A stretch of 64,000 nt of DNA, taken from the IMG/VR virus record IMGVR_UViG_3300020166_000010. The stretch is one strand, 5' to 3'. The first letter of the stretch is position 1. Each line of letters begins with the position of its first letter. Origin of the DNA: a virus. Shown here piece by piece: positions 17,941 through 27,979 of this stretch. Under the pieces are notes generated by a model. The model did no database searches. It had not been told where the DNA came from and worked only from the letters and a program-made list of their open reading frames with translations. The translations under genes and the position numbers were made by a program.

Positions 17941-18498
17941 TTACTTTTTTGCTAGGTGTGTTTTAATCTTAACGTCTTTAAGTTCTCTATCTAATTCTTT
18001 AATTAGTTTTATGTTATGTTTATCATCATCGAAAAAAGTAATGTCAATATAACCCTGTTCTACAAAGTATCTCATTGCATCTTTCTTTCTCTCTTGTATA
18101 GTTCCTGTTAATCCGTGAATTGGATCGTTAACTGCCCAAATGAATTCTCTTTTAATATGAAATCCAACATGATAACGTAACCATTCATATATCATATTCT
18201 GGTCGTCTCTTGCTGTGATGACTCCGATTGCTATTCCCTTTTTATAATTCTTTTTCAGAACATTAAAGTATTTATCAATCATCTTACCTGCTTTCATAAT
18301 CTCCAAAGATTTGAATTGCTCAAAATCTAGTACGTGATTAGGATTCTTTTCGTAATCGTTAAATTCCTCAGGAGTCAATTCATATCGCTCTCCTTTCTTT
18401 TTATCGTATACTATAATCTTAGCGGCTGAAACCACAATAGTATCATCTAGATCAAAGATCAAGATTTTATCAGTTGTCATTTTTTCATTAATCATCAT
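17941..18498 (-). CDS. HAD-superfamily phosphatase
   Basis: IFDLDDT motif I, VITAR motif II, FFDDD motif IV. Confidence 0.85.
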   Translation of the reverse strand: MMINEKMTTDKILIFDLDDTIVVSAAKIIVYDKKKGERYELTPEEFNDYEKNPNHVLDFEQFKSLEIMKAGKMIDKYFNVLKKNYKKGIAIGVITARDDQNMIYEWLRYHVGFHIKREFIWAVNDPIHGLTGTIQERKKDAMRYFVEQGYIDITFFDDDKHNIKLIKELDRELKDVKIKTHLAKK

Positions 18499-18501
18499 GT
18501 A

Positions 18502-18528
18502 TTATATAACTTTGTTTTAAAAAGTTTA
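18502..18528 (-). promoter_or_regulatory. class II promoter TAAAC-N17-TATAA
   Basis: Exact motif. Confidence 0.7.
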
Positions 18529-19002
18529 TGTTGGAGTTATTACAGGTCCTCCTTTAGATCCACCGCCACATAGTCCTGTTATTGTCGGGAATATAGATGG
18601 ATCACTAACAACAGCTGTCGCCATGATCTCATAACATTGAAAATCGTTACTTATATTTACAATCTGGTTAACGGCAAAACTAGAATTCAATTGAGCGTAT
18701 GTGCTAAATCCATCACTAGTTCTTTCAATTGTAAACGCATTATCAACGGTTGGTCCACCGCCTGAAATAGAACAAGGTCCTTGTAGGGATGCAGTCATAA
18801 AATAGTCTCCAAATGTCCATGAATTATTTATTACACATAGCTGTAAAGAGTTTTGATTAACTCCTAGTGTTAATGTTCCGTTTTTCGTGCTACCACACAG
18901 CTTGTAAGTTATTGATCCTCCATTAGGTCCTCCATTAAATACCACACTGACACATGCTGAGCCTGTTAAATCTTCCTGTAAATGGCCAAATACTGTTATC
19001 AT
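18526..19002 (-). CDS. Cys/Gly-rich beta protein, probable virion accessory
   Basis: Downstream of collagen fibre; AGATATAT motif at 19030-19037. Confidence 0.7.
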   Translation of the reverse strand: MITVFGHLQEDLTGSACVSVVFNGGPNGGSITYKLCGSTKNGTLTLGVNQNSLQLCVINNSWTFGDYFMTASLQGPCSISGGGPTVDNAFTIERTSDGFSTYAQLNSSFAVNQIVNISNDFQCYEIMATAVVSDPSIFPTITGLCGGGSKGGPVITPT

Positions 19003-19046
19003 AATATCTTTTTAATTTTATATTTTAAAATATATCTACCACTAAA

Positions 19047-22022
19047 TTACATTGGAAAACATCCTATATGTTGTAGCACCATAGTTATTGAATATCCTTT
19101 TCCTCCACCTGCTGAACCTGTTTTAACCCTAACGCTATAGTGATTATTTGTAGTAATTGCAATCCAATTACCCAAACCAGATGTAACCATTTTTTGGAAA
19201 CCTGGATGTGTATATGTATGTATCACTGTTACTGCATTTGCGCTATCATGTCTAATTAATTCAAATACACATCCTTCACCATTAGCAGTTTCACCATAAG
19301 ATGCACTAATACCCGTTATATAGTACCCTGATGAGAACCCTGTTGGAATCTGAACGAATGAATTAGATATATTTGCTGTTGTGTTTAGTGTACTGTATGC
19401 TGTTGGGTTTATTCCAATATATTCATAACATGTGTAACCTGTAAATTGAGATCCTTGATTTCCTTTTAATCCTTGAGCTCCTTTTGTTCCTTGGAATCCT
19501 TGGAAACCTTGTGTTCCAGTTCCTCCACCAGAACCTGTTTCTCCTTTTGTTCCTTGGAATCCTTGGAAACCTCTAATTCCTTGTAATCCTTGATCTCCTT
19601 TGGTTCCTTTTAATCCTTGGAAACCTCTAAGTCCTTGATCTCCTTTAATTCCTTGGAAACCTGCAACTCCTTGAAAACCTTGTTCTCCTTTATCTCCTTG
19701 GAATCCTTGATTTCCACTTCCACCATTAGATCCTTTAGATCCTTGGAAACCTTGATCTCCTTTGGTTCCTTTTAATCCTTGGAAACCTCTAGCTCCTTGG
19801 AAACCTTGATCTCCTTTAGTTCCTTTAGCTCCTTGGAAACCTTGATCTCCTTTATCTCCTTGGAATCCAGTTCCTCCACCAGAACCAGTAGATCCTTGGA
19901 AACCTTGGTCTCCTTTAGTTCCTTTAGCTCCTTGGAAACCTTGGTCTCCTTTAGTTCCTTTTAATCCTTGGAATCCGGTGTCTCCTTGGTCTCCCTTAGT
20001 TCCTTTAGCTCCTTGGAAACCTTGATCTCCTTTGTCTCCTTTTTTTCCTTGGAATCCTTGATCTCCTTTAGTTCCTTTAGCTCCTTGGAAACCTTGGTCT
20101 CCTTTAGTTCCTTTAGCTCCTTGGAATCCGGTGTCTCCTTGGTCTCCCTTAGTTCCTTTATCTCCTTGATCTCCTTTAGTTCCTTTAGCTCCTTGGAAAC
20201 CTTGATCTCCTTGGAATCCAGTTCCTCCACTAGAACCAGTAGATCCTTGGAAACCTTGATCTCCTTTAGTTCCTTTAGCTCCTTGGAAACCTTGATCTCC
20301 TTTGTCTCCTTTTTTTCCTTGGAATCCTTGGTCTCCTTTAAGACCTTGGAATCCTGTGTCTCCTTGGTCTCCTTTAGTTCCTTTAGCTCCTTGGAATCCG
20401 GTGTCTCCTTGGTCTCCTTTGGTTCCTTTTAATCCTTGATCTCCTTTATCTCCTTGGAACCCTTGGTCTCCCTTAGTTCCTTTAGCTCCTTGGAATCCTG
20501 TGTCTCCTTGGTCTCCCTTAGTTCCTTTATCTCCTTGGAATCCCTGATCTCCTTTATCTCCTTGGAATCCAGTTCCTCCACCAGAACCTGTAGATCCTTG
20601 GACTCCCGTGTCTCCTTGGTCTCCTTTAGTTCCTTTAGCTCCTTGGAATCCTGTATCTCCTTGATCTCCTTTAGTTCCTTGGAATCCTGTGTCTCCTTGG
20701 AATCCTGTAGCTCCTTGGAACCCTTGGTCTCCTTTAGAACCTATAGTTCCTTGGAAACCTTTATATCCTTGGAAACCTTGATCTCCTTTAATACCCTGAT
20801 CTCCTTTATCTCCTTGGAATCCGGTTCCTCCACCAGAGCCCGTTTCTCCTTGAGTTCCTTTATCTCCTTGGAAACCTTGATCTCCTTGGAAACCTTGATC
20901 TCCTTTAGTTCCTTTAGCTCCTTGGAAACCTTGATCTCCTTTGTCTCCTTTTTTTCCTTGGAATCCTTGATCTCCTTGATCTCCGGCTCCTCCAGTAGAA
21001 CCTATAGTTCCTTGGAAACCTTTATATCCTTGGAAACCTTGATCTCCTTTAATACCTTGATCTCCTTGGAAACCCTGATCTCCTTGGAATCCTGTTCCTC
21101 CGCCAGAACCTGTGTCTCCTTGAGTTCCTTTATCTCCTTGGAAACCTTTATCTCCTTGGAAACCTTGATCTCCCTTGTCTCCTTTTTTTCCTTGGAATCC
21201 TTGATCTCCGGCTCCTCCAGTAGAACCTATAGTTCCTTGGAAACCTTGATCGCCTTGGAATCCTTGGAATCCTTGGAAACCTTGATCTCCGGCTCCTCCA
21301 GTAGAACCTATAGTTCCTTGGAAACCTTGATCTCCTTTAGAACCTATAGTTCCTTGGAAACCTTTATATCCTTGGAAACCTTGATCTCCTTTATCTCCTT
21401 GGAAACCTTGTGTACCTTGGTCTCCTTGGTCTCCTTTATCTCCTTGGTCTCCTTTATCTCCTTGGAATCCTTGGTCTCCCTGGAATCCCTGGAATCCTTG
21501 GTCTCCCATATCTCCTTGGAATCCTTGGTCTCCCATATCTCCTTGGAATCCTTGGTCTCCCATATCTCCTTGGAATCCTTGGTCTCCCATATCTCCTTGG
21601 AATCCTTGGTCTCCCATATCTCCCTGGTCTCCTTTATCTCCTTGGAATCCCTGGTCTCCCTGGAATCCTTGGTCTCCCTGGAATCCTTGGTCTCCCATAT
21701 CTCCTTGGTCTCCTTGGTCTCCTTTATCTCCCTGGAATCCTTGATCACCAGCTATACCCTGGAATCCTTGGTCTCCCATATCTCCCTGGTCTCCTTTATC
21801 TCCTTGAAATCCTTGGTCTCCTTTATCTCCTTGGTCTCCTTTATCTCCCTGGAATCCTTGATCACCAGCTATACCCTGGAATCCTTGGTCTCCCATATCT
21901 CCCTGGTCTCCTTTATCTCCCTGGAATCCTTGGTCTCCCATATCTCCCTGGTCTCCTTTATCTCCTTGGAATCCTTGGTCTCCCTGGTCTCCTTTATCTC
22001 CCTGGAATCCTTGGTCTCCCAT
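19047..22022 (-). CDS. collagen-like fibre, C-terminal part (continuation of 22039-24882 across frameshift)
   Basis: Continuous Gly-X-Y (GDQ/GFQ/GDK/GTK) then about 130-aa globular C-terminal head. Confidence 0.85.
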   Translation of the reverse strand: MGDQGFQGDKGDQGDQGFQGDKGDQGDMGDQGFQGDKGDQGDMGDQGFQGIAGDQGFQGDKGDQGDKGDQGFQGDKGDQGDMGDQGFQGIAGDQGFQGDKGDQGDQGDMGDQGFQGDQGFQGDQGFQGDKGDQGDMGDQGFQGDMGDQGFQGDMGDQGFQGDMGDQGFQGDMGDQGFQGFQGDQGFQGDKGDQGDKGDQGDQGTQGFQGDKGDQGFQGYKGFQGTIGSKGDQGFQGTIGSTGGAGDQGFQGFQGFQGDQGFQGTIGSTGGAGDQGFQGKKGDKGDQGFQGDKGFQGDKGTQGDTGSGGGTGFQGDQGFQGDQGIKGDQGFQGYKGFQGTIGSTGGAGDQGDQGFQGKKGDKGDQGFQGAKGTKGDQGFQGDQGFQGDKGTQGETGSGGGTGFQGDKGDQGIKGDQGFQGYKGFQGTIGSKGDQGFQGATGFQGDTGFQGTKGDQGDTGFQGAKGTKGDQGDTGVQGSTGSGGGTGFQGDKGDQGFQGDKGTKGDQGDTGFQGAKGTKGDQGFQGDKGDQGLKGTKGDQGDTGFQGAKGTKGDQGDTGFQGLKGDQGFQGKKGDKGDQGFQGAKGTKGDQGFQGSTGSSGGTGFQGDQGFQGAKGTKGDQGDKGTKGDQGDTGFQGAKGTKGDQGFQGAKGTKGDQGFQGKKGDKGDQGFQGAKGTKGDQGDTGFQGLKGTKGDQGFQGAKGTKGDQGFQGSTGSGGGTGFQGDKGDQGFQGAKGTKGDQGFQGARGFQGLKGTKGDQGFQGSKGSNGGSGNQGFQGDKGEQGFQGVAGFQGIKGDQGLRGFQGLKGTKGDQGLQGIRGFQGFQGTKGETGSGGGTGTQGFQGFQGTKGAQGLKGNQGSQFTGYTCYEYIGINPTAYSTLNTTANISNSFVQIPTGFSSGYYITGISASYGETANGEGCVFELIRHDSANAVTVIHTYTHPGFQKMVTSGLGNWIAITTNNHYSVRVKTGSAGGGKGYSITMVLQHIGCFPM

Positions 22023-22670
22023 ATCTCCCTGGTCTCCTTTATCTCCTTGGAATCCTTGGTCTCCCTGGAATCCTTGGTCTCCCTTTTCTCCCTGGTCTCA
22101 TATCTCCCTGGTCTCCTTTATCTCCTTGGAATCCTTGGTCTCCCTGGAATCCCTGGTCTCCTTTATCTCCTTGGTCTCCTTTATCTCCCTGGAATCCTTG
22201 ATCACCAGCTATACCCTGGAATCCTTGGTCTCCCATATCTCCCTGGTCTCCTTTATCTCCTTGGTCTCCCGCATCTCCTTGGAATCCTTGATCACCAGCT
22301 ATACCCTGGAATCCTTGATCTCCCGTATCTCCTTGGAATCCTTGGTCTCCCGCATCTCCTTGGAAACCTTGATCTCCTTTAAGACCATCTAATCCTTGGA
22401 AACCTTGATCTCCTATATCTCCTTTTAATCCTTGATCTCCTTGGAAACCTTGAATACCCTGTGATCCTATATCTCCTTGATCTCCTTGTAAACCTTGTGC
22501 TCCTATATCTCCTTGATCTCCTTGTAAACCTTGTGCTCCTATATCTCCTTGATCTCCTTTTAATCCTTGGAAACCTTGATCTCCTTTAAGACCATCTAAT
22601 CCTTGGAAACCTTGATCTCCTATATCTCCTTGATCCCCTTGGAAACCTTGATCTCCTTGCGGACCCTGTT
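19452..22670. repeat. 9-bp-period collagen coding repeat, block 2
   Basis: Recurrent CCTTGGAA/CCTTGATCTCC units. Confidence 0.95.
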
Positions 22671-24882
22671 GATATCCAATGCTTGTTACAACATAAGAAT
22701 AGTGAGATGCTCCTTCAGTGTATAACGTTGCTCCTAGGGTTTGATTTTCATTGTTTCTAACAACAACCTCAACCATCATTCTTTGGCCTAAAGCAACTGG
22801 TGTTGAAGGAAATGTAATGTCCGTTTCGTGCTCTACTGCAGTCGTGTTGTTATTATTCCAACCGATATTTACAGCTTGTGAAGTTCCTGCAGCTGCAAGT
22901 ACATTACCCGCATTATCTGTTAAATATAAGTTTACATATACTTCTAAATCATCTTGTTCATTTTGCTTTGACATCCATAAGAAGAATCTTTGAACTCCAC
23001 CTGGAATAATAGTAAAATCAAATGGTGATGAAATATATGTTTCTATTAATGTATCGTTATTTGCCGCTGTTGTTTGAGTTACTGTTCTTTCAGCTCCTGA
23101 TGTTGGTTCAGTACCTAATTGTTTTGTAGATGCAACTTCAATAACAGAATCGTTAAAGTAGTAAATTCTACCTGAAGCAATTCCATCATTTCCTTTAATA
23201 CCTTGATCTCCTTGATCTCCTTTAAGGCCATCTAATCCCTGGAATCCTTGATCTCCTTTAAGACCATCTAATCCTTGGAATCCTTGATCTCCTTTAATAC
23301 CAGCGATACCCTGATCTCCTTGATCTCCTTTAAGGCCATCTAATCCTTGGAATCCTTGATCTCCTTTAAGACCATCTAATCCCTGGAAACCTTGATCTCC
23401 TTTTAATCCTGTATCTCCTTGATCTCCTTGGAAACCCTGGTCTCCTTTTAATCCTGTATCTCCTTGATCTCCTTTAAGACCATCTAATCCCTGGAAACCT
23501 TGATCTCCTTTTAATCCTGTATCTCCTTGATCTCCTTGGAAACCCTGGTCTCCTTTTAATCCCGTATCTCCTTGATCTCCTTGGATACCTTGTGCTCCTA
23601 TATCTCCTTTAAGACCTTGATCTCCTTGGTCTCCTTTTGCTCCAGTATCTCCTTGGTCTCCTTTTAATCCGATTTCACCTTGAATACCTTGTTCTCCTTG
23701 GTCTCCTTTTAATCCGATTTCACCTTGAATACCTTGGTCTCCTTGAATACCCTGTTCTCCCTGGTCTCCTTTGATACCAGTATCTCCTTGGTCTCCTTTA
23801 AGACCGGTTTCACCTTGAATACCTTGGTCTCCTTGAATACCCTGTTCTCCCTGGTCTCCTTTGATACCAGTGTCTCCTTGGTCTCCTTTTAATCCAGTAT
23901 CTCCTTGATCTCCTTTAAGACCGGTTTCACCTTGAAAACCTTGTTCTCCTTGGAATCCTGTGTCTCCTTGTTCTCCTTGGTCTCCTTTTAATCCAGTATC
24001 TCCTTGGTCTCCTTTTAATCCAGTATCTCCTTGAATACCCTGTTCTCCTTGGTCTCCTTTAAGACCTTGTTCTCCTTGGTCTCCTTGAAGACCTTGTTCT
24101 CCTTGATCTCCTTTTAATCCAGTATCTCCTTGATCTCCTTGAAGACCTTGTTCTCCTTGAATACCTTGATCTCCTTTTAATCCAGCTTCTCCTTGAAGAC
24201 CTTGTTCTCCTTGAATACCTTGTTCTCCTTTAAGACCAGTATCTCCCTGATCTCCTTTTAAACCAGTTTCTCCAGTTTCTCCTTGAATACCCTGTTCTCC
24301 TTGGTCTCCTTTAAGACCTTGTTCTCCTTGATCTCCTTTTAAGCCAGTATCTCCTTGATTTCCTTGAATACCCTGTTCTCCAGTTAATCCTTGAATACCC
24401 TGATCTCCAATTAATCCTTGAATACCCTGATCTCCAATTAATCCTTGAATACCCTGATCTCCCTGTATACCTTGTTCTCCCTGAATACCCTGTTCTCCTT
24501 GATCTCCTTTTAATCCATCATCTCCTTGAAAACCTTGAGGACCAATAGGTCCTTGTGCTCCACCGCTTCCGGTTCCTCCTACACTTGGAATCCAAACATA
24601 ATCGCCGGCTTCAGCGCCAGCCCCTAAAAGACCAGTATCACTTGAATTAACTAAATGTAATTTTAAAACTTTATCTAAATCGTTTATTAGATCTAAGTCC
24701 CCGTCAGTACCGGTTCCCATTACCCTATAACCTTTTATAACTTGGCCAACTAAATCAAGATTATAATCCATCTCATCATGGGTTAATGGTCTTAATCTAT
24801 CGCCTTCATTCGGGTATTGTGGCAGGTATTGTCCGTTCTCTGATTTATACTGTTCACCAGATGTGTTTAATGGATCTTGCAT
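22039..24882 (-). CDS. collagen-like fibre, N-terminal part
   Basis: N-terminal module shared with 32673-38579, Gly-X-Y tract, internal globular domain; frame break near 22099. Confidence 0.85.
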   Translation of the reverse strand: MQDPLNTSGEQYKSENGQYLPQYPNEGDRLRPLTHDEMDYNLDLVGQVIKGYRVMGTGTDGDLDLINDLDKVLKLHLVNSSDTGLLGAGAEAGDYVWIPSVGGTGSGGAQGPIGPQGFQGDDGLKGDQGEQGIQGEQGIQGDQGIQGLIGDQGIQGLIGDQGIQGLTGEQGIQGNQGDTGLKGDQGEQGLKGDQGEQGIQGETGETGLKGDQGDTGLKGEQGIQGEQGLQGEAGLKGDQGIQGEQGLQGDQGDTGLKGDQGEQGLQGDQGEQGLKGDQGEQGIQGDTGLKGDQGDTGLKGDQGEQGDTGFQGEQGFQGETGLKGDQGDTGLKGDQGDTGIKGDQGEQGIQGDQGIQGETGLKGDQGDTGIKGDQGEQGIQGDQGIQGEIGLKGDQGEQGIQGEIGLKGDQGDTGAKGDQGDQGLKGDIGAQGIQGDQGDTGLKGDQGFQGDQGDTGLKGDQGFQGLDGLKGDQGDTGLKGDQGFQGDQGDTGLKGDQGFQGLDGLKGDQGFQGLDGLKGDQGDQGIAGIKGDQGFQGLDGLKGDQGFQGLDGLKGDQGDQGIKGNDGIASGRIYYFNDSVIEVASTKQLGTEPTSGAERTVTQTTAANNDTLIETYISSPFDFTIIPGGVQRFFLWMSKQNEQDDLEVYVNLYLTDNAGNVLAAAGTSQAVNIGWNNNNTTAVEHETDITFPSTPVALGQRMMVEVVVRNNENQTLGATLYTEGASHYSYVVTSIGYQQGPQGDQGFQGDQGDIGDQGFQGLDGLKGDQGFQGLKGDQGDIGAQGLQGDQGDIGAQGLQGDQGDIGSQGIQGFQGDQGLKGDIGDQGFQGLDGLKGDQGFQGDAGDQGFQGDTGDQGFQGIAGDQGFQGDAGDQGDKGDQGDMGDQGFQGIAGDQGFQGDKGDQGDKGDQGFQGDQGFQGDKGDQGDMRPGRKGRPRIPGRPRIPRR
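23180..24555. repeat. 9-bp-period collagen coding repeat, block 1
   Basis: GEQ/GIQ/GDT/GLK units. Confidence 0.95.
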
Positions 24883-24906
24883 TATTATTTTTTAGTATTT
24901 TTAATT

Positions 24907-25440
24907 TTAACTTCTTTCTCTCTTATATAAATCAATTAAATAATTAATAGTATTAATAAAGTATACCTCAATATAACCACAATCAATGTATTGTCTTTGT
25001 ACTTTAATGTATTCGTCTAATTTTAATTCATTCCAAACTGCTAATATCTCATTATACTTATATAAGTATGAATCTTTTCCTGTATTCAACACATCCATTG
25101 CAGCAGTTTGTACGTTTTCTGATGTTGTTGTGAATCTACGAGTGGTTGGTTCATATTGAACAGGTGTCGTTGAGGTATTAGGCGATGTCATTGTAAATCT
25201 TTTTAATAAATAAAGATTTAATTGAAAACATTGAATATTATCCCAATTAGGTTCTGCTGGAAATGTAGCAATGAATGCATCTAAATCCGCAAGAGTATTA
25301 AATGTTCTTGAGGTTTTAACGTCCGATTCATTACTTAACGATTCTAAAAGAATGCTAGAAATACTACTCTCCGCATTTAAATTCCTAAATTGTCGAAGTT
25401 TTACTGAAATAAGTTTTAAAGTAAGTATATCTGTTATCAT
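24907..25440 (-). CDS. hypothetical protein (late operon)
   Basis: 177-aa ORF between TM protein and fibre. Confidence 0.8.
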   Translation of the reverse strand: MITDILTLKLISVKLRQFRNLNAESSISSILLESLSNESDVKTSRTFNTLADLDAFIATFPAEPNWDNIQCFQLNLYLLKRFTMTSPNTSTTPVQYEPTTRRFTTTSENVQTAAMDVLNTGKDSYLYKYNEILAVWNELKLDEYIKVQRQYIDCGYIEVYFINTINYLIDLYKRERS

Positions 25441-25845
25441 CTATCCTCCTGTTTTTTTGAATAGGTCTAGCGCTTGTGTAACTAAAATCGCAATAAGACC
25501 ACCAATACCAGTTAAAAGAGCCCATGCAAATTTAATGAAACCTGATTTGAATCTCATAAGATCTTTGTGCTCTTCGAGTATTTTTTGAGTTTGCTCTAAT
25601 TCAGCCTCAGCTGCCAATCTAGCTTCAGTGTTCTTTTTAGTCTCAACAATAACTCCGTCAAAGGGACTTAAGAGTTGTCTTTTCATCTCTTTAATTTCCC
25701 TTTTCATATCATTTTGGTTTTCTACCAATTGATTTAATGTATTTTCAATTTGAATAAAATTAGGATCTTCCATTCTACCCTTAAATGTAGAAAAGAGATC
25801 ATATAATTCCTGTATAAGTTCTTTAGGTGATTTTTCGTGTTGCAT
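25441..25845 (-). CDS. coiled-coil protein with C-terminal TM (holin-like architecture)
   Basis: Heptad region then FIKFAWALLTGIGGLIAILV; AGATATATA upstream. Confidence 0.7.
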   Translation of the reverse strand: MQHEKSPKELIQELYDLFSTFKGRMEDPNFIQIENTLNQLVENQNDMKREIKEMKRQLLSPFDGVIVETKKNTEARLAAEAELEQTQKILEEHKDLMRFKSGFIKFAWALLTGIGGLIAILVTQALDLFKKTGG

Positions 25846-25874
25846 CTAATTAAATTGATCTTTTTTGTCTAATC

Positions 25875-25883
25875 TATATATCT
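25875..25883 (-). promoter_or_regulatory. class III motif AGATATATA
   Basis: Heads fibre operon. Confidence 0.6.
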
Positions 25884-25911
25884 AAATGAAATCAGACTCA
25901 ATTTAATTTAA

Positions 25912-26424
25912 TCACTTCGCTTTTAATTCGTTTTGTATTTTTATCCAATAATGTTCGGTTCTTTTATTCTTATATCCTCGAGGACCTCCGTTCCAATTTC
26001 TTGCAATCGTTTCAAAGCCTCCATCTGGGTGGTGATAGTTTTTCCAAACCATAAACATTTCAATAGACTTTTCTCTATTAAATCGATCTTTTTTAGAATA
26101 TCTTTTATTGGATTTCTGAATCTTTAAAATTCTATTAACCTCTCTCAACATTATCGGCCTGATTTGTAAAACACCGACTGCTTCATTACCTACAAGGTGT
26201 TTGTCACCTATTGCTGAGTCATTGCCAAGTGACTCGACTTGAATCATCGCTGGAATTAGGTTGTTCTTTACACTGATCTGCTCAATGGCCTTAGGTTCAA
26301 TCTTTGTAACTGCTGTGATCTTTTTTCTTTCTTGAGAAGCACTATCAAATAAACCCCTATTACCACCTCCACTAATAATGAATGGTAAAAGAAAAACTGA
26401 AATAAGTAATGGATTACGTTTCAT
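25912..26424 (-). CDS. lysozyme-superfamily (SLT/i-type-like) muramidase with N-terminal signal anchor
   Basis: MIQVES catalytic Glu, GVLQI, IARNWNGGPRG. Confidence 0.8.
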   Translation of the reverse strand: MKRNPLLISVFLLPFIISGGGNRGLFDSASQERKKITAVTKIEPKAIEQISVKNNLIPAMIQVESLGNDSAIGDKHLVGNEAVGVLQIRPIMLREVNRILKIQKSNKRYSKKDRFNREKSIEMFMVWKNYHHPDGGFETIARNWNGGPRGYKNKRTEHYWIKIQNELKAK

Positions 26425-26435
26425 ATTATTATCGT

Positions 26436-26500
26436 TTAATTACTATACTAATATAAACAAAAAAACCCAAACAAAAAAATGTTTGGGCTTTTATTTTCAA
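26436..26500 (-). promoter_or_regulatory. early-type promoter variant with CCCAAAC/GTTTGGG hairpin
   Basis: GAAAATAAA...TTTATATTAGTATAGTAATT. Confidence 0.5.
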
Positions 26501-26512
26501 TAAATTTTAAAT

Positions 26513-26944
26513 TTATTTAAGTTGATCTTTAATTTGATTTGATGGTGAATCATCCTTTATAAAAGGTATTTCATTTCCATCTACATCTAATAAACCAGCT
26601 CCTTTATGTCCTTTAGATCCTGCGCCAGATCCTGAACCATTAGTAGGTCCTCCTGGATTAATAATAATACCGTCGCTAGAACCTCCTGATCCTATGCCGT
26701 TTCCTGAACCAGATCCTGAACCAGATCCTGAACTAACAGGCTTTGTTCCACCTTGACCTGTTCCTGAACCAGCTCCATTGAATTCTGAACCAAATCCTGA
26801 ACCAGATCCTGCTTGACCAGATCCTGAACCAGTTGTTCCACCACCAGAATTAACCGGCTTAACTGGTGCATTCTTTTTAGTAACTGCCTTTCTAACGAAG
26901 AATACAACTACTGCTAATACCAATAATCCTAATAATAATTTCAT
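26513..26944 (-). CDS. membrane-anchored Gly/Ser-rich protein
   Basis: N-terminal TM, GSGSG repeats. Confidence 0.75.
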   Translation of the reverse strand: MKLLLGLLVLAVVVFFVRKAVTKKNAPVKPVNSGGGTTGSGSGQAGSGSGFGSEFNGAGSGTGQGGTKPVSSGSGSGSGSGNGIGSGGSSDGIIINPGGPTNGSGSGAGSKGHKGAGLLDVDGNEIPFIKDDSPSNQIKDQLK

Positions 26945-27038
26945 GCTTTATATAATTGTTTTTAATTTATAGCTATTGCTACATGGTATATATTCATAAA
27001 AAAAGTGTAATATTTCACAATTACACTCTTTTAATAGC

Positions 27039-27227
27039 TTAGGCCGGTCCACCGACGCCGAAGTTGAACAAGTAATAGTCATCAGACTCTTCATCACTTT
27101 CATCAAATTGGTCAAACATAATTGGCTCAAAGTCAATCATGTCTTCCATTGAAAGGGATTTATTAACAGATAATTTTTCGTTTTGTTCATCTAGCGAAGT
27201 TGGATCTACTTCGTTGATGAAATCCAT
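27039..27227 (-). CDS. acidic hypothetical protein
   Basis: ORF after class II-like promoter 27271-27297. Confidence 0.6.
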   Translation of the reverse strand: MDFINEVDPTSLDEQNEKLSVNKSLSMEDMIDFEPIMFDQFDESDEESDDYYLFNFGVGGPA

Positions 27228-27297
27228 GAGATAAATAAATATTTTTTAGTATAGGTTATTCTATATTAATATATATTCTAGTTTCTAAAAAAGTTTA

Positions 27298-27624
27298 TTA
27301 TTTTTTGTGATTTTTTTCACTTGATTCTAAATCTTTTTCAAGATTTAAACTCCATATTCTATCGTTAGGTACGACGAACTTTCTTTCATGGTCATATAGA
27401 TAAAAAGTGGTGCGATAAATTGATTGTCTAACTATTCTTGCCTTTTTAGTTCCATTAATCCATACTACATCATCTACGTTAAAATCATTACCGTATAGGA
27501 ACATAGCTCCAGTATAAAATTTAGATATAGAATCTTTGAAAGCAATAGAAATAACAGCAGTTGCAACGAGCCATCCCCATTCTCCTAGTACTTTTTCAAC
27601 TATTTCCCTTACTGATTCTATCAT
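27298..27624 (-). CDS. MscS-like TM plus beta-barrel protein
   Basis: IAFKDSISKFYTG...DFNVDDVVWING...FVVPN. Confidence 0.65.
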   Translation of the reverse strand: MIESVREIVEKVLGEWGWLVATAVISIAFKDSISKFYTGAMFLYGNDFNVDDVVWINGTKKARIVRQSIYRTTFYLYDHERKFVVPNDRIWSLNLEKDLESSEKNHKK

Positions 27625-27760
27625 CCCAATATGATTTATAATCTTTTATAGTTCCTTTGAACCTTCTGATTTTATTTAACCTTGAATCTTCTGCAACACC
27701 ATACTGGGTTGCATTAATTTCTTGATTAGGTTTTATGTTTTTTCCTCCAATAGTCTTCAT
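27596..27760 (-). CDS. hypothetical protein (54 aa)
   Basis: Manual translation MKTIGGKNIKPNQ...; AGATATATA at 27765-27773. Confidence 0.55.
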   Translation of the reverse strand: MKTIGGKNIKPNQEINATQYGVAEDSRLNKIRRFKGTIKDYKSYWDDRISKGNS

Positions 27761-27778
27761 TAACTATATATCTATAAC

Positions 27779-27979
27779 TTAATCTAAGCTGATTCGATAA
27801 CCAACCCACCATAGATCTATTCTAATAAAGAAAGTACCGCTATTAAACCCAAATCCAAAACGTAACATCCTGTTCCAGTGATCTAGTTTGATTTTGTGAA
27901 TCATTTTTCTTTTTTTAGATCCGATCCTAACCATCCAATCCTCTATAGATTCCCCTTCTCTTCGTTTACGACTATTCAT
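27779..27979 (-). CDS. hypothetical protein
   Basis: ORF in operon. Confidence 0.6.
   Translation of the reverse strand: MNSRKRREGESIEDWMVRIGSKKRKMIHKIKLDHWNRMLRFGFGFNSGTFFIRIDLWWVGYRISLD

Noticed and set aside
19779-22993. Long alternative-frame and + strand ORFs (e.g. 20436-22382, 21410-22201)
   Set aside because: Shadow frames of the 9-bp collagen repeat
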